64,000 bases of DNA from Tubulanus polymorphus (Eukaryota > Animalia > Nemertea), in contig NW_027437468.1 of assembly GCF_964204645.1 (NCBI RefSeq), forward strand, positions 15,001-79,000, written 5' to 3'. A program made the translations under genes and the position numbers. Numbering within the stretch: position 1 is the stretch's first letter; each line of letters opens with the position of its first letter. Positions 24,070 to 37,500 of this stretch are shown here, piece by piece. Below the pieces are notes generated by a model. That model was not told the origin of the DNA and searched no databases. It saw only the letters and a program-made list of their open reading frames with translations.

Positions 24070-27000
24070 TTGATATCAGTTCAATACACCCAAACCCATC
24101 AATTAAGTTATAATTCATCATCTTTAGAACCATATTTAGCTAGAAAAATCTGTATCTTTCAACCCATCTACTCGAAATAAGTTCAGTTTACCTTAACCTA
24201 TCATTTCGGATCGAGTCTATCATCTTCAGAACCAAATGCAGCCAGAAAATTCTGATTCTTTCCACCTATCTATTTGAAATCAGTTCAATACGCCTTTACT
24301 CATCTTTTCAGATTGAATCCATCATCTTCAGAACCAAAAGCAGCCAGAAAATTCTTATTCTTTCCACCTATCTATTTTAAATCAGTTCAATAAGCCTTAA
24401 CCCATCTTTTCAGATTGAATCCATCATCTTCAGAACCAAAAGCAGCCAGAAAATTCTGTTTCTTTCCACCTATCTATTTGAAATCAGTTCAATACGTCTT
24501 TACTCATCTTTTCAGATTGAATCCATCATCTTTAGAACCAAAAGCAGCCAGAAAATTCTGTTTCTTTCCACCTATCTATTTGAAATCAGTTCAATACGCC
24601 TTTACTCATCTTTTCAGATTGAATCCATCATCTTCAGAACCAAAAGCAGCCAGAAAATTCTGATTCTTTCCACCTATCTATTTTAAATCAGTTCAATAAG
24701 CCTTAACCCATCTTTTCAGATTGAATCCATCATCTTTAGAACCGAAAGCAGCCAGACAATTCTGATTCTTTCAACCTATCTATTTGAAATCAGTTCAATA
24801 TGCCGTAACCCATCTTTTCACATTGATCCATCATCTTTAGAAACAAAAGCAGCCAGAAAATTCTGTTTCTTTCCACCTATCTATTTGAAATCAGTTCAAT
24901 ACGCCTTAACCCATCTTTTCAGATTGAATCCATCATCTTCAGAACCAAAAGCAGCCAGAAAATTCTGATTCTTTCCACCTATCTATTTTAAATCAGTTCA
25001 ATAAGCCTTAACCCATCTTTTCAGATTGAATCCATCATCTTCAGAACCAAAAGCAGCCAGAAAATTCTGATTCTTTCCACCTATCTATTTTAAATCAGTT
25101 CAATAAGCCTTAACCCATCTTTTCAGATTGAATCCATCATCTTTATGACCAAAAGCAGCCAGAAAATTCTGTTTCTTTCCACCTATCTATTTGAAATCAG
25201 TTCAATACGCCTTTACTCATCTTTTCAGATTGAATCCATCATCTTTAGAACCAAAAGCAGCCAGAAAATTCTGTTTCTTTCCACCTATCTATTTGAAGTC
25301 AGTTCAATACGCCTTTAATCATCTTTTCAGATTGAATCCATCATCTTCAGAACCAAAAGCAGCCAGAAAATTCTTATTTTTTCCACCTATCTATTTGAAA
25401 TCAGTTCAATAAGCCTTAACCCATCTTTTCAGATTGAATCCATCATCTTTAGAACCAAAAGCAGCCAGAAAATGCTGTTTCTTTCCACCTATCTATTTGA
25501 AATCAGTTCAATACGCCTTAACCCATCTTTTCACATTGATCCATCATCTTTAGAAACAAAAGCAGCCAGAAAATTCGGTTTCTTTCCACCTATCTATTTG
25601 AAATCAGTTCAATACGCCTTAACCCATCTTTTCACATTGATCCATCATCTTTAGAAACAAAAGCAGCCAGAAAATTCGGTTTCTTTCCACCTATCTATTT
25701 GAAATCAGTTCAATACGCCTTAACCCATCTTTTCAGATTGAATCCATCATCTTCAGAACCAAAAGCAGCCAGAAAATTCGGTTTCTTTCCACCTATCTAT
25801 TTGAAATCAGTTCAATAAGCCTTAACCCATCTTTTCAGATTGAATCCATCATCTTCAGAACCAAAAGCAGCCAGAAAATTCGGTTTCTTTCCACCTATCT
25901 ATTTGAAATCAGTTCAATACACCCAAACCCATCAATTAAGTTATAATTCATCATCTTTAGAACCATATTTCGCTAGAAAAATCTGTATCTTTCAACCCAT
26001 CTACTCGAAATAAGTTCAGTTTACCTTAACCTATCATTTCGGATCGAGTCTATCATCTTCAGAACCAAATGCAGCCAGAAAATTCTTATTCTTTCCACCT
26101 ATCTATTTGAAATCAGTTCAATACACCCAAACCCATCAATTAAGTTATAATTCATCATCTTTAGAACCATATTTAGCTAGAAAAATCTGTATCTTTCAAC
26201 CCATCTACTCGAAATAAGTTCAGTTTACCTTAACCTATCATTTCGGATCGAGTCTATCATCTTCAGAACCAAATGCAGCCAGAAAATTCTGATTCTTTCC
26301 ACCTATCTATTTGAAATCAGTTCAATACGTCTTTACTCATCTTTTCAGATTGAATCCATCATCTTCAGAACCAAAAGCAGCCAGAAAATTCTTATTCTTT
26401 CCACCTATCTATTTTAAATCAGTTCAATACGCCTTTACTCATCTTTTCAGATTGAATCCATCATCTTTAGAACCAAAAGCAGCCAGAAAATTCTGTTTCT
26501 TTCCACCTATCTATTTGAAATCAGTTCAATACGCCTTTACTCATCTTTTCAGATTGAATCCATCATCTTCAGAACCAAAAGCAGCCAGAAAATTCTTATT
26601 CTTTCCACCTATCTATTTGATATCAGTTCAATACACCCAAACCCATCAATTAAGATAGAATTCATCATCTTTAGAACCATATTTAGCTAGAAAAATCTGT
26701 ATCTTTCAACCCATCTACTCGAAATAAGTTCAGTTTACCTTAACCTATCATTTCGGATCGAGTCTATCATCTTCAGAACCAAATGCAGCCAGAAAATTCT
26801 CATTCTTTCCACCTATCTATTTAAAATCAGTTCAATACGCCTTAACCCATCTTTTCAGATTGAATCCATCAACTTCAGAAGCATAAGTAGTCAGAAAATT
26901 CTTAATCTTTCAACCAATCTATTAAAAATCAGTTCTGTACATCCTAACCCATCAATTAAGATAGAATTCATCATCTTTAGAACCATATTTAGCTAGAAAA

Positions 27001-30000
27001 ATCTGTATCTTTCAACCCATCTACTCGAAATAAGTTCAGTTTACCTTATCCTATCATTTCAGATCGAGTCTATCATCCTCAGAACAGAAAGCAGCCAGAA
27101 AATTCTGATTCTTTCAACCTATCTATTTGAAATCAGTTCAATACGCCTTTACTCATCTTTTCAGATTGAATCCATCATCTTCAGAACCAAAAGCAGCCAG
27201 AAAATTCTGTTTCTTTCCACCTATCTATTTGATATCAGTTCAATACACCCAAACCCATCAATTAAGTTATAATTCATCATCTTTAGAACCATATTTAGCT
27301 AGAAAAATCTGTATCTTTCAACCCATCTACTCGAAATAAGTTCAGTTTACCTTAACCTATCATTTCGGATCGAGTCTATCATCTTCAGAACCAAATGCAG
27401 CCAGAAAATTCTGATTCTTTCCACCTATCTATTTGAAATCAGTTCAATACGCCTTTACTCATCTTTTCAGATTGAATCCATCATCTTCAGAACCAAAAGC
27501 AGCCAGAAAATTCTTATTCTTTCCACCTATCTATTTTAAATCAGTTCAATAAGCCTTAACCCATCTTTTCAGATTGAATCCATCATCTTCAGAACCAAAA
27601 GCAGCCAGAAAATTCTGTTTCTTTCCACCTATCTATTTGAAATCAGTTCAATACGTCTTTACTCATCTTTTCAGATTGAATCCATCATCTTTAGAACCAA
27701 AAGCAGCCAGAAAATTCTGTTTCTTTCCACCTATCTATTTGAAATCAGTTCAATACGCCTTTACTCATCTTTTCAGATTGAATCCATCATCTTCAGAACC
27801 AAAAGCAGCCAGAAAATTCTGATTCTTTCCACCTATCTATTTTAAATCAGTTCAATAAGCCTTAACCCATCTTTTCAGATTGAATCCATCATCTTTAGAA
27901 CCGAAAGCAGCCAGACAATTCTGATTCTTTCAACCTATCTATTTGAAATCAGTTCAATATGCCGTAACCCATCTTTTCACATTGATCCATCATCTTTAGA
28001 AACAAAAGCAGCCAGAAAATTCTGTTTCTTTCCACCTATCTATTTGAAATCAGTTCAATACGCCTTAACCCATCTTTTCAGATTGAATCCATCATCTTCA
28101 GAACCAAAAGCAGCCAGAAAATTCTGATTCTTTCCACCTATCTATTTTAAATCAGTTCAATAAGCCTTAACCCATCTTTTCAGATTGAATCCATCATCTT
28201 CAGAACCAAAAGCAGCCAGAAAATTCTGATTCTTTCCACCTATCTATTTTAAATCAGTTCAATAAGCCTTAACCCATCTTTTCAGATTGAATCCATCATC
28301 TTTATGACCAAAAGCAGCCAGAAAATTCTGTTTCTTTCCACCTATCTATTTGAAATCAGTTCAATACGCCTTTACTCATCTTTTCAGATTGAATCCATCA
28401 TCTTTAGAACCAAAAGCAGCCAGAAAATTCTGTTTCTTTCCACCTATCTATTTGAAGTCAGTTCAATACGCCTTTAATCATCTTTTCAGATTGAATCCAT
28501 CATCTTCAGAACCAAAAGCAGCCAGAAAATTCTTATTTTTTCCACCTATCTATTTGAAATCAGTTCAATACACCCAAACCCATCAATTAAGATAGAATTC
28601 ATCATCTTCAGAACCATATTTAGCTAGAAAAATCTGTATCTTTCAACCCATCTACTCGAAATAAGTTCAATTTACCTTAACCTATCATTTCGGATCGAGT
28701 CTATCATCTTCAGAACCAAATGCAGCCAGAAAATTCTGATTCTTTCCACCTATCTATTTGAAATCAGTTCAATAAGCCTTAACCCATCTTTTCAGATTGA
28801 ATCCATCATCTTTAGAACCAAAAGCAGCCAGAAAATGCTGTTTCTTTCCACCTATCTATTTGAAATCAGTTCAATACGCCTTAACCCATCTTTTCACATT
28901 GATCCATCATCTTTAGAAACAAAAGCAGCCAGAAAATTCGGTTTCTTTCCACCTATCTATTTGAAATCAGTTCAATACGCCTTAACCCATCTTTTCACAT
29001 TGATCCATCATCTTTAGAAACAAAAGCAGCCAGAAAATTCGGTTTCTTTCCACCTATCTATTTGAAATCAGTTCAATACGCCTTAACCCATCTTTTCAGA
29101 TTGAATCCATCATCTTCAGAACCAAAAGCAGCCAGAAAATTCGGTTTCTTTCCACCTATCTATTTGAAATCAGTTCAATAAGCCTTAACCCATCTTTTCA
29201 GATTGAATCCATCATCTTCAGAACCAAAAGCAGCCAGAAAATTCGGTTTCTTTCCACCTATCTATTTGAAATCAGTTCAATACACCCAAACCCATCAATT
29301 AAGTTATAATTCATCATCTTTAGAACCATATTTCGCTAGAAAAATCTGTATCTTTCAACCCATCTACTCGAAATAAGTTCAGTTTACCTTAACCTATCAT
29401 TTCGGATCGAGTCTATCATCTTCAGAACCAAATGCAGCCAGAAAATTCTTATTCTTTCCACCTATCTATTTGAAATCAGTTCAATACACCCAAACCCATC
29501 AATTAAGTTATAATTCATCATCTTTAGAACCATATTTAGCTAGAAAAATCTGTATCTTTCAACCCATCTACTCGAAATAAGTTCAGTTTACCTTAACCTA
29601 TCATTTCGGATCGAGTCTATCATCTTCAGAACCAAATGCAGCCAGAAAATTCTGATTCTTTCCACCTATCTATTTGAAATCAGTTCAATACGTCTTTACT
29701 CATCTTTTCAGATTGAATCCATCATCTTCAGAACCAAAAGCAGCCAGAAAATTCTTATTCTTTCCACCTATCTATTTTAAATCAGTTCAATACGCCTTTA
29801 CTCATCTTTTCAGATTGAATCCATCATCTTTAGAACCAAAAGCAGCCAGAAAATTCTGTTTCTTTCCACCTATCTATTTGAAATCAGTTCAATACGCCTT
29901 TACTCATCTTTTCAGATTGAATCCATCATCTTCAGAACCAAAAGCAGCCAGAAAATTCTTATTCTTTCCACCTATCTATTTGATATCAGTTCAATACACC

Positions 30001-30590
30001 CAAACCCATCAATTAAGATAGAATTCATCATCTTTAGAACCATATTTAGCTAGAAAAATCTGTATCTTTCAACCCATCTACTCGAAATAAGTTCAGTTTA
30101 CCTTAACCTATCATTTCGGATCGAGTCTATCATCTTCAGAACCAAATGCAGCCAGAAAATTCTCATTCTTTCCACCTATCTATTTAAAATCAGTTCAATA
30201 CGCCTTAACCCATCTTTTCAGATTGAATCCATCAACTTCAGAAGCATAAGTAGTCAGAAAATTCTTAATCTTTCAACCAATCTATTAAAAATCAGTTCTG
30301 TACATCCTAACCCATCAATTAAGATAGAATTCATCATCTTTAGAACCATATTTAGCTAGAAAAATCTGTATCTTTCAACCCATCTACTCGAAATAAGTTC
30401 AGTTTACCTTATCCTATCATTTCAGATCGAGTCTATCATCCTCAGAACAGAAAGCAGCCAGAAAATTCTGATTCTTTCAACCTATCTATTTGAAATCAGT
30501 TCAATACGCCTTTACTCATCTTTTCAGATTGAATCCATCATCTTTAGAACCAAAAGCAGCCAGAAAATTCTGTTTCTTTCCACCTATCTA
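24070..30590 (+). repeat. ~3.2-3.4-kb higher-order tandem duplication, two copies
   Basis: Offsets are 3159 (24415/27574, 25191/28350) then 3363 (25472/28835, 26311/29674, 27127/30490). Shared rare variants: ACCGAAAGCAGCCAGACAAT, TTTATGACC, CTTATTTTTTCC, GAAAATGCTG. Confidence 0.88.
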
Positions 30591-33500
30591 TTTGAAATCA
30601 GTTCAATACACCCAAACCCATCAATTAAGTTATAATTCATCATCTTTAGAACCATATTTCGCTAGAAAAATCTGTATCTTTCAACCCATCTACTCGAAAT
30701 AAGTTCAGTTTACCTTAACCTATCATTTCGGATCGAGTCTATCATCTTCAGAACCAAATGCAGCCAGAAAATTCTTATTCTTTCCACCTATCTATTTGAA
30801 ATCAGTTCAATACACCCAAACCCATCAATTAAGTTATAATTCATCATCTTTAGAACCATATTTAGCTAGAAAAATCTGTATCTTTCAACCCATCTACTCG
30901 AAATAAGTTCAGTTTACCTTAACCTATCATTTCGGATCGAGTCTATCATCTTCAGAACCAAATGCAGCCAGAAAATTCTGATTCTTTCCACCTATCTATT
31001 TGAAATCAGTTCAATACGTCTTTACTCATCTTTTCAGATTGAATCCATCATCTTCAGAACCAAAAGCAGCCAGAAAATTCTGTTTCTTTCCACCTATCTA
31101 TTTGAAATCAGTTCAATACGCCTTTACTCATCTTTTCAGATTGAATCCATCATCTTTAGAACCAAAAGCAGCCAGAAAATTCTGTTTCTTTCCACCTATC
31201 TATTTGAAATCAGTTCAATACGCCTTTACTCATCTTTTCAGATTGAATCCATCATCTTCAGAACCAAAAGCAGCCAGAAAATTCTTATTCTTTCCACCTA
31301 TCTATTTGATATCAGTTCAATACACCCAAACCCATCAATTAAGATAGGATTCATCATCTTTAGAACCATATTTAGCTAGAAAAATCTGTATCTTTCAACC
31401 CATCTACTCGAAATAAGTTCAGTTTACCTTAACCTATCATTTCGGAACGAGTCTATCATCTTCAGAACCAAATGCAGCCAGAAAATTCTGATTCTTTCCA
31501 CCTATCTATTTTAAATCAGTTCAATACGCCTTTACTCATCTTTTCAGATTGAATCCATCATCTTTAGAACCAAAAGCAGCCAGAAAATTCTGTTTCTTTC
31601 CACCTATCTATTTGAAATCAGTTCAATACGCCTTTACTCATCTTTTCAGATTGAATCCATCATCTTTAGAACCAAAAGCAGCCAGAAAATTCTGTTTCTT
31701 TCCACCTATCTATTTGAAATCAGTTCAATACGCCTTTACTCATCTTTTCAGATTGAATCCATCATCTTTAGAACCAAAAGCAGCCAGAAAATTCTGTTTC
31801 TTTCCACCTATCTATTTGAAATCAGTTCAATACGCCTTTACTCATCTTTTCAGATTGAATCCATCATCTTCAGAACCAAAAGCAGCCAGAAAATTCTTAT
31901 TCTTTCCACCTATCTATTTGATATCAGTTCAATACACCCAAACCCATCAATTAAGTTATATTTCATCATCTTTAGAACCATATTTAGCTAGAAAAATCTG
32001 TATCTTTCAACCAATCTACTCGAAATAAGTTCAGTTTACCTTAACCTATCATTTCGGATCGAGTCTATCATCTTCAGAACCAAATGCAGCCAGAAAATTC
32101 TGATTCTTTCCACCTATCTATTTGAAATCAGTTCAATAAGCCTTAACCCATCTTTTCAGATTGAATCCATCATCTTTAGAACCAAAAGCAGCCAGAAAAT
32201 TCTGTTTCTTTCCACCTATCTATTTGAAATCAGTTCAACACGCCTTTACTCATCTTTTCAGATTGAATCCATCATCTTTAGAACCAAAAGCAGCCAGAAA
32301 ATTCTGTTTCTTTCCACCTATTTATTTGAAATCAGTTCAATACGCCTTTACTCATCTTTTCAGATTGAATCCATCATCTTCAGAACCAAAAGCAGCCAGA
32401 AAATTCTGTTTCTTTCCACCTATCTATTTGAAATCAGTTCAATACGCCTTTAATCATCTTTTCAGATTGAATCCATCATCTTTAGAACCAAAAGCAGCCA
32501 GAAAATTCTGTTTCTTTCCACCTATCTATTTGAAATCAGTTCAATACGCCTTTACTCATCTTTTCAGATTGAATCCATCATCTTTAGAACCAAAAGCAGC
32601 CAGAAAATTCTGTTTCTTTCCACCTATCTATTTGAAATCAGTTCAATACGCCTTTACTCATCTTTTCAGATTGAATCCATCATCTTCAGAACCAAAAGCA
32701 GCCAGAAAATTCTTATTCTTTCCACCTATCTATTTGATATCAGTTCAATACACCCAAACCCATCAATTAAGTTATATTTCATCATCTTTAGAACCATATT
32801 TAGCTAGAAAAATCTGTATCTTTCAACCAATCTACTCGAAATAAGTTCAGTTTACCTTAACCTATCATTTCGGATCGAGTCTATCATCTTCAGAACCAAA
32901 TGCAGCCAGAAAATTCTGATTCTTTCCACCTATCTATTTGAAATCAGTTCAATAAGCCTTAACCCATCTTTTCATATTGAATCCATCATCTTTAGAACCA
33001 AAAGCAGCCAGAAAATTCGGTTTCTTTCCACCTATCTATTTGAAATCAGTTCAATACGCCTTAACCCATCTTTTCACATTGATCCATTATCTTTAGAAAC
33101 AAAAGCAGCCAGAAAATTCGGTTTCTTTCCACCTATCTATTTGAAATCAGTTCAATACGCCTTAACCCATCTTTTCAGATTGAATCCATCATCTTCAGAA
33201 CCAAAAGCAGCCAGAAAATTCTGTTTCTTTCCACCTATCTATTTGAAATCAGTTCAACACGCCTTTACTCATCTTTTCAGATTGAATCCATCATCTTTAG
33301 AACCAAAAGCAGCCAGAAAATTCTGTTTCTTTCCACCTATCTTTTTGAAATCAGTTCAATACGCCCTAACTCATCTTTTCAGATTGAATCCATCATCTTC
33401 AGAACCAAAAGCAGCCAGAAAATTCTTATTCTTTCCACCTATCTATTTGATATCAGTTCAATACACCCAAACCCATCAATTAAGATAGAATTCATCATCT

Positions 33501-34569
33501 TTAGAACCATATTTCGCTAGAAAAATCTGTATCTTTCAACCCATCTACTCGAAATAAGTTCAGTTTACCTTAACCTATCATTTCGGATCGAGTCTATCAT
33601 CTTCAGAACCAAATGCAGCCAGAAAATTCTTATTCTTTCCACCTATCTATTTGAAATCAGTTCAATACACCCAAACCCATCAATTAAGTTATAATTCATC
33701 ATCTTTAGAACCATATTTAGCTAGAAAAATCTGTATCTTTCAACCCATCTACTCGAAATAAGTTCAGTTTACCTTAACCTATCATTTCGGATCGAGTCTA
33801 TCATCTTCAGAACCAAATGCAGCCAGAAAATTCTGATTCTTTCCACCTATCTATTTGAAATCAGTTCAATACGTCTTTACTCGTCTTTTCAGATTGAATC
33901 CATCATCTTCAGAACCAAAAGCAGCCAGAAAATTCTGTTTCTTTCCACCTATCTATTTGAAATCAGTTCAATACGCCTTTACTCATCTTTTCAGATTGAA
34001 TCCATCATCTTTAGAACCAAAAGCAGCCAGAAAATTCTGTTTCTTTCCACCTATCTATTTGAAATCAGTTCAATACGCCTTTACTCATCTTTTCAGATTG
34101 AATCCATCATCTTCAGAACCAAAAGCAGCCAGAAAATTCTTATTCTTTCCACCTATCTATTTGATATCAGTTCAATACACCCAAACCCATCAATTAAGAT
34201 AGGATTCATCATCTTTAGAACCATATTTAGCTAGAAAAATCTGTATCTTTCAACCCATCTACTCGAAATAAGTTCAGTTTACCTTAACCTATCATTTCGG
34301 AACGAGTCTATCATCTTCAGAACCAAATGCAGCCAGAAAATTCTGATTCTTTCCACCTATCTATTTTAAATCAGTTCAATACGCCTTTACTCATCTTTTC
34401 AGATTGAATCCATCATCTTTAGAACCAAAAGCAGCCAGAAAATTCTGTTTCTTTCCACCTATCTATTTGAAATCAGTTCAATACGCCTTTACTCATCTTT
34501 TCAGATTGAATCCATCATCTTTAGAACCAAAAGCAGCCAGAAAATTCTGTTTCTTTCCACCTATCTATT

Positions 34570-37500
34570 TGAAATCAGTTCAATACGCCTTTACTCATCT
34601 TTTCAGATTGAATCCATCATCTTTAGAACCAAAAGCAGCCAGAAAATTCTGTTTCTTTCCACCTATCTATTTGAAATCAGTTCAATACGCCTTTACTCAT
34701 CTTTTCAGATTGAATCCATCATCTTCAGAACCAAAAGCAGCCAGAAAATTCTGTTTCTTTCCACCTATCTATTTGAAATCAGTTCAATACGCCTTAACCC
34801 ATCTTTTCAGATTGAATCCATCATCTTCAGAACCAAAAGCAGCCAGAAAATTCTGTTTCTTTCCACCTATCTATTTGAAATCAGTTCAATACACCCAAAC
34901 CCATCAATTAAGTTATAATTCATCATCTTTAGAACCATATTTAGCTAGAAAAATCTGTATCTTTCAACCCATCTACTCGAAATAAGTTCAGTTTACCTTA
35001 ACCTATCATTTCGGATCGAGTCTATCATCTTCAGAACCAAATGCAGCCAGAAAATTCTGATTCTTTCCACCAATCTATTTGAAATCAGTTCAATAAGCCT
35101 TAACCCATCTTTTCAGATTGAATCCATCATCTTTAGAACCAAAAGCAGCCAGAAAATTCGGTTTCTTTCCACCTATCTATTTGAAATCAGTTCAATACGC
35201 CCTAACTCATCTTTTCAGATTGAATCCATCATCTTCAGAACCAAAAGCAGCCAGAAAATTCGGTTTCTTTCCACCTATCTATTTGAAATCAGTTCAATAC
35301 GCCTTAACCCATCTTTTCAGATTGAATCCATCATCTTCAGAACCAAAAGCAGCCAGAAAATTCGGTTTCTTTCCACCTATCTATTTGAAATCAGTTCAAT
35401 ACGCCTTAACCCATCTTTTCAGATTGAATCCATCATCTTCAGAACCATATTTAGCTAGAAAAATCTGTATCTTTCAACCCATCTACTCGAAATAAGTTCA
35501 GTTTACCTTAACCTATCATTTCGGATCGAGTCTATCATCTTCAGAACCAAATGCAGCCAGAAAATTCTTATTCTTTCCACCTATCTATTTGAAATCAGTT
35601 CAATACACCCAAACCCATCAATTAAGTTATAATTCATCATCTTTAGAACCATACTTAGCTAGAAAAATCTGTATCTTTCAACCCATCTACTCGAAATAAG
35701 TTCAGTTTACCTTAACCTATCATTTCGGATCGAGTCTATCATCTTCAGAACCAAATGCAGCCAGAAAATTCTGATTCTTTCCACCTATCTATTTGAAATC
35801 AGTTCAATACGCCTTTACTCATCTTTTCAGATTGAATCCATCATCTTCAGAACCAAAAGCAGCCAGAAAATTCTTATTCTTTCCACCTATCTATTTGATA
35901 TCAGTTCAATACACCCAAACCCATCAATTAAGATAGAATTCATCATCTTCAGAACCAAAAGCAGCCAGAAAATTCGGTTTCTTTCCACCTATCTATTTGA
36001 AATCAGTTCAATACGCCTTTACTCATCTTTTCAGATTGAATCCATCATCTTTAGAACCAAAAGCAGCCAGAAAATTCTGTTTCTTTCCACCTATCTATTT
36101 GAAGTCAGTTCAATACGCCTTTAATCATCTTTTCAGATTGAATCCATCATCTTCAGAACCAAAAGCAGCCAGAAAATTCTTATTCTTTCCACCTATCTAT
36201 TTGAAATCAGTTCAATACACCCAAACCCATCAATTAAGATAGAATTCATCATCTTCAGAACCATATTTAGCTAGAAAAATCTGTATCTTTCAACCCATCT
36301 ACTCGAAATAAGTTCAATTTACCTTAACCTATCATTTCGGATCGAGTCTATCATCTTCAGAACCAAATGCAGCCAGAAAATTCTGATTCTTTCCACCTAT
36401 CTATTTTAAATCAGTTCAATACGCCTTTACTCATCTTTTCAGATTGAATCCATCATCTTTAGAACCAAAAGCAGCCAGAAAATTCTGTTTCTTTCCACCT
36501 ATCTATTTGAAATCAGTTCAATACGCCTTTACTCATCTTTTCAGATTGAATCCATCATCTTTAGAACCAAAAGCAGCCAGAAAATTCTGTTTCTTTCCAC
36601 CTATCTATTTGAAATCAGTTCAATACGCCTTTACTCATCTTTTCAGATTGAATCCATCATCTTTAGAACCAAAAGCAGCCAGAAAATTCTGTTTCTTTCC
36701 ACCTATTTATTTGAAATCAGTTCAATACACCCCAACCCATCAATTAAGATAGAATTCATTATCTTCAGAACCATATTTAGCTAGAAAAATCTGTATCTTT
36801 CAACCCATCTACTCGAAATAAGTTCAGTTTACCTTAACCTATCATTTCGGATCGAGTCTATCATCTTCAGAACCAAATGCAGCCAGAAAATTCTGATTCT
36901 TTCCACCTATCTATTTAAAATCAGTTCAATATGCCTTAACCCATCTTTTCAGATTGAATCCATCAACTTCAGAAGCATAAGTAGTCAGAAAATTCTTAAT
37001 CTTTCAACCAATCTATTAAAAATCAGTTCTGTACATACTAACCCATCAATTAAGATAGAATTCATCATCTTTAAAACCATATTTAGCTAGAAAAATCTGT
37101 ATCTTTCAACCCATCTACTCGAAATAAGTTCAGTTTACCTTAACCTATCATTTCGGATCGAGTCTATCATCTTCAGAACCAAATGCAGCCAGAAAATTCT
37201 CATTCTTTCCACCTATCTATTTAAAATCAGTTCAATACGCCTTAACCCATCTTTTCAGATTGAATCCATCAACTTCAGAAGCATAAGTAGTCAGAAAATT
37301 CTTAATCTTTCAACCAATCTATTAAAAATCAGTTCTGTACATCCTAACCCATCAATTAAGATAGAATTCATCATCTTTAGAACCATATTTAGCTAGAAAA
37401 ATCTGTATCTTTCAACCCATCTACTCGAAATAAGTTCAGTTTACCTTATCCTATCATTTCATATCGAGTCTATCATCCTCAGAACAGAAAGCAGCCAGAA

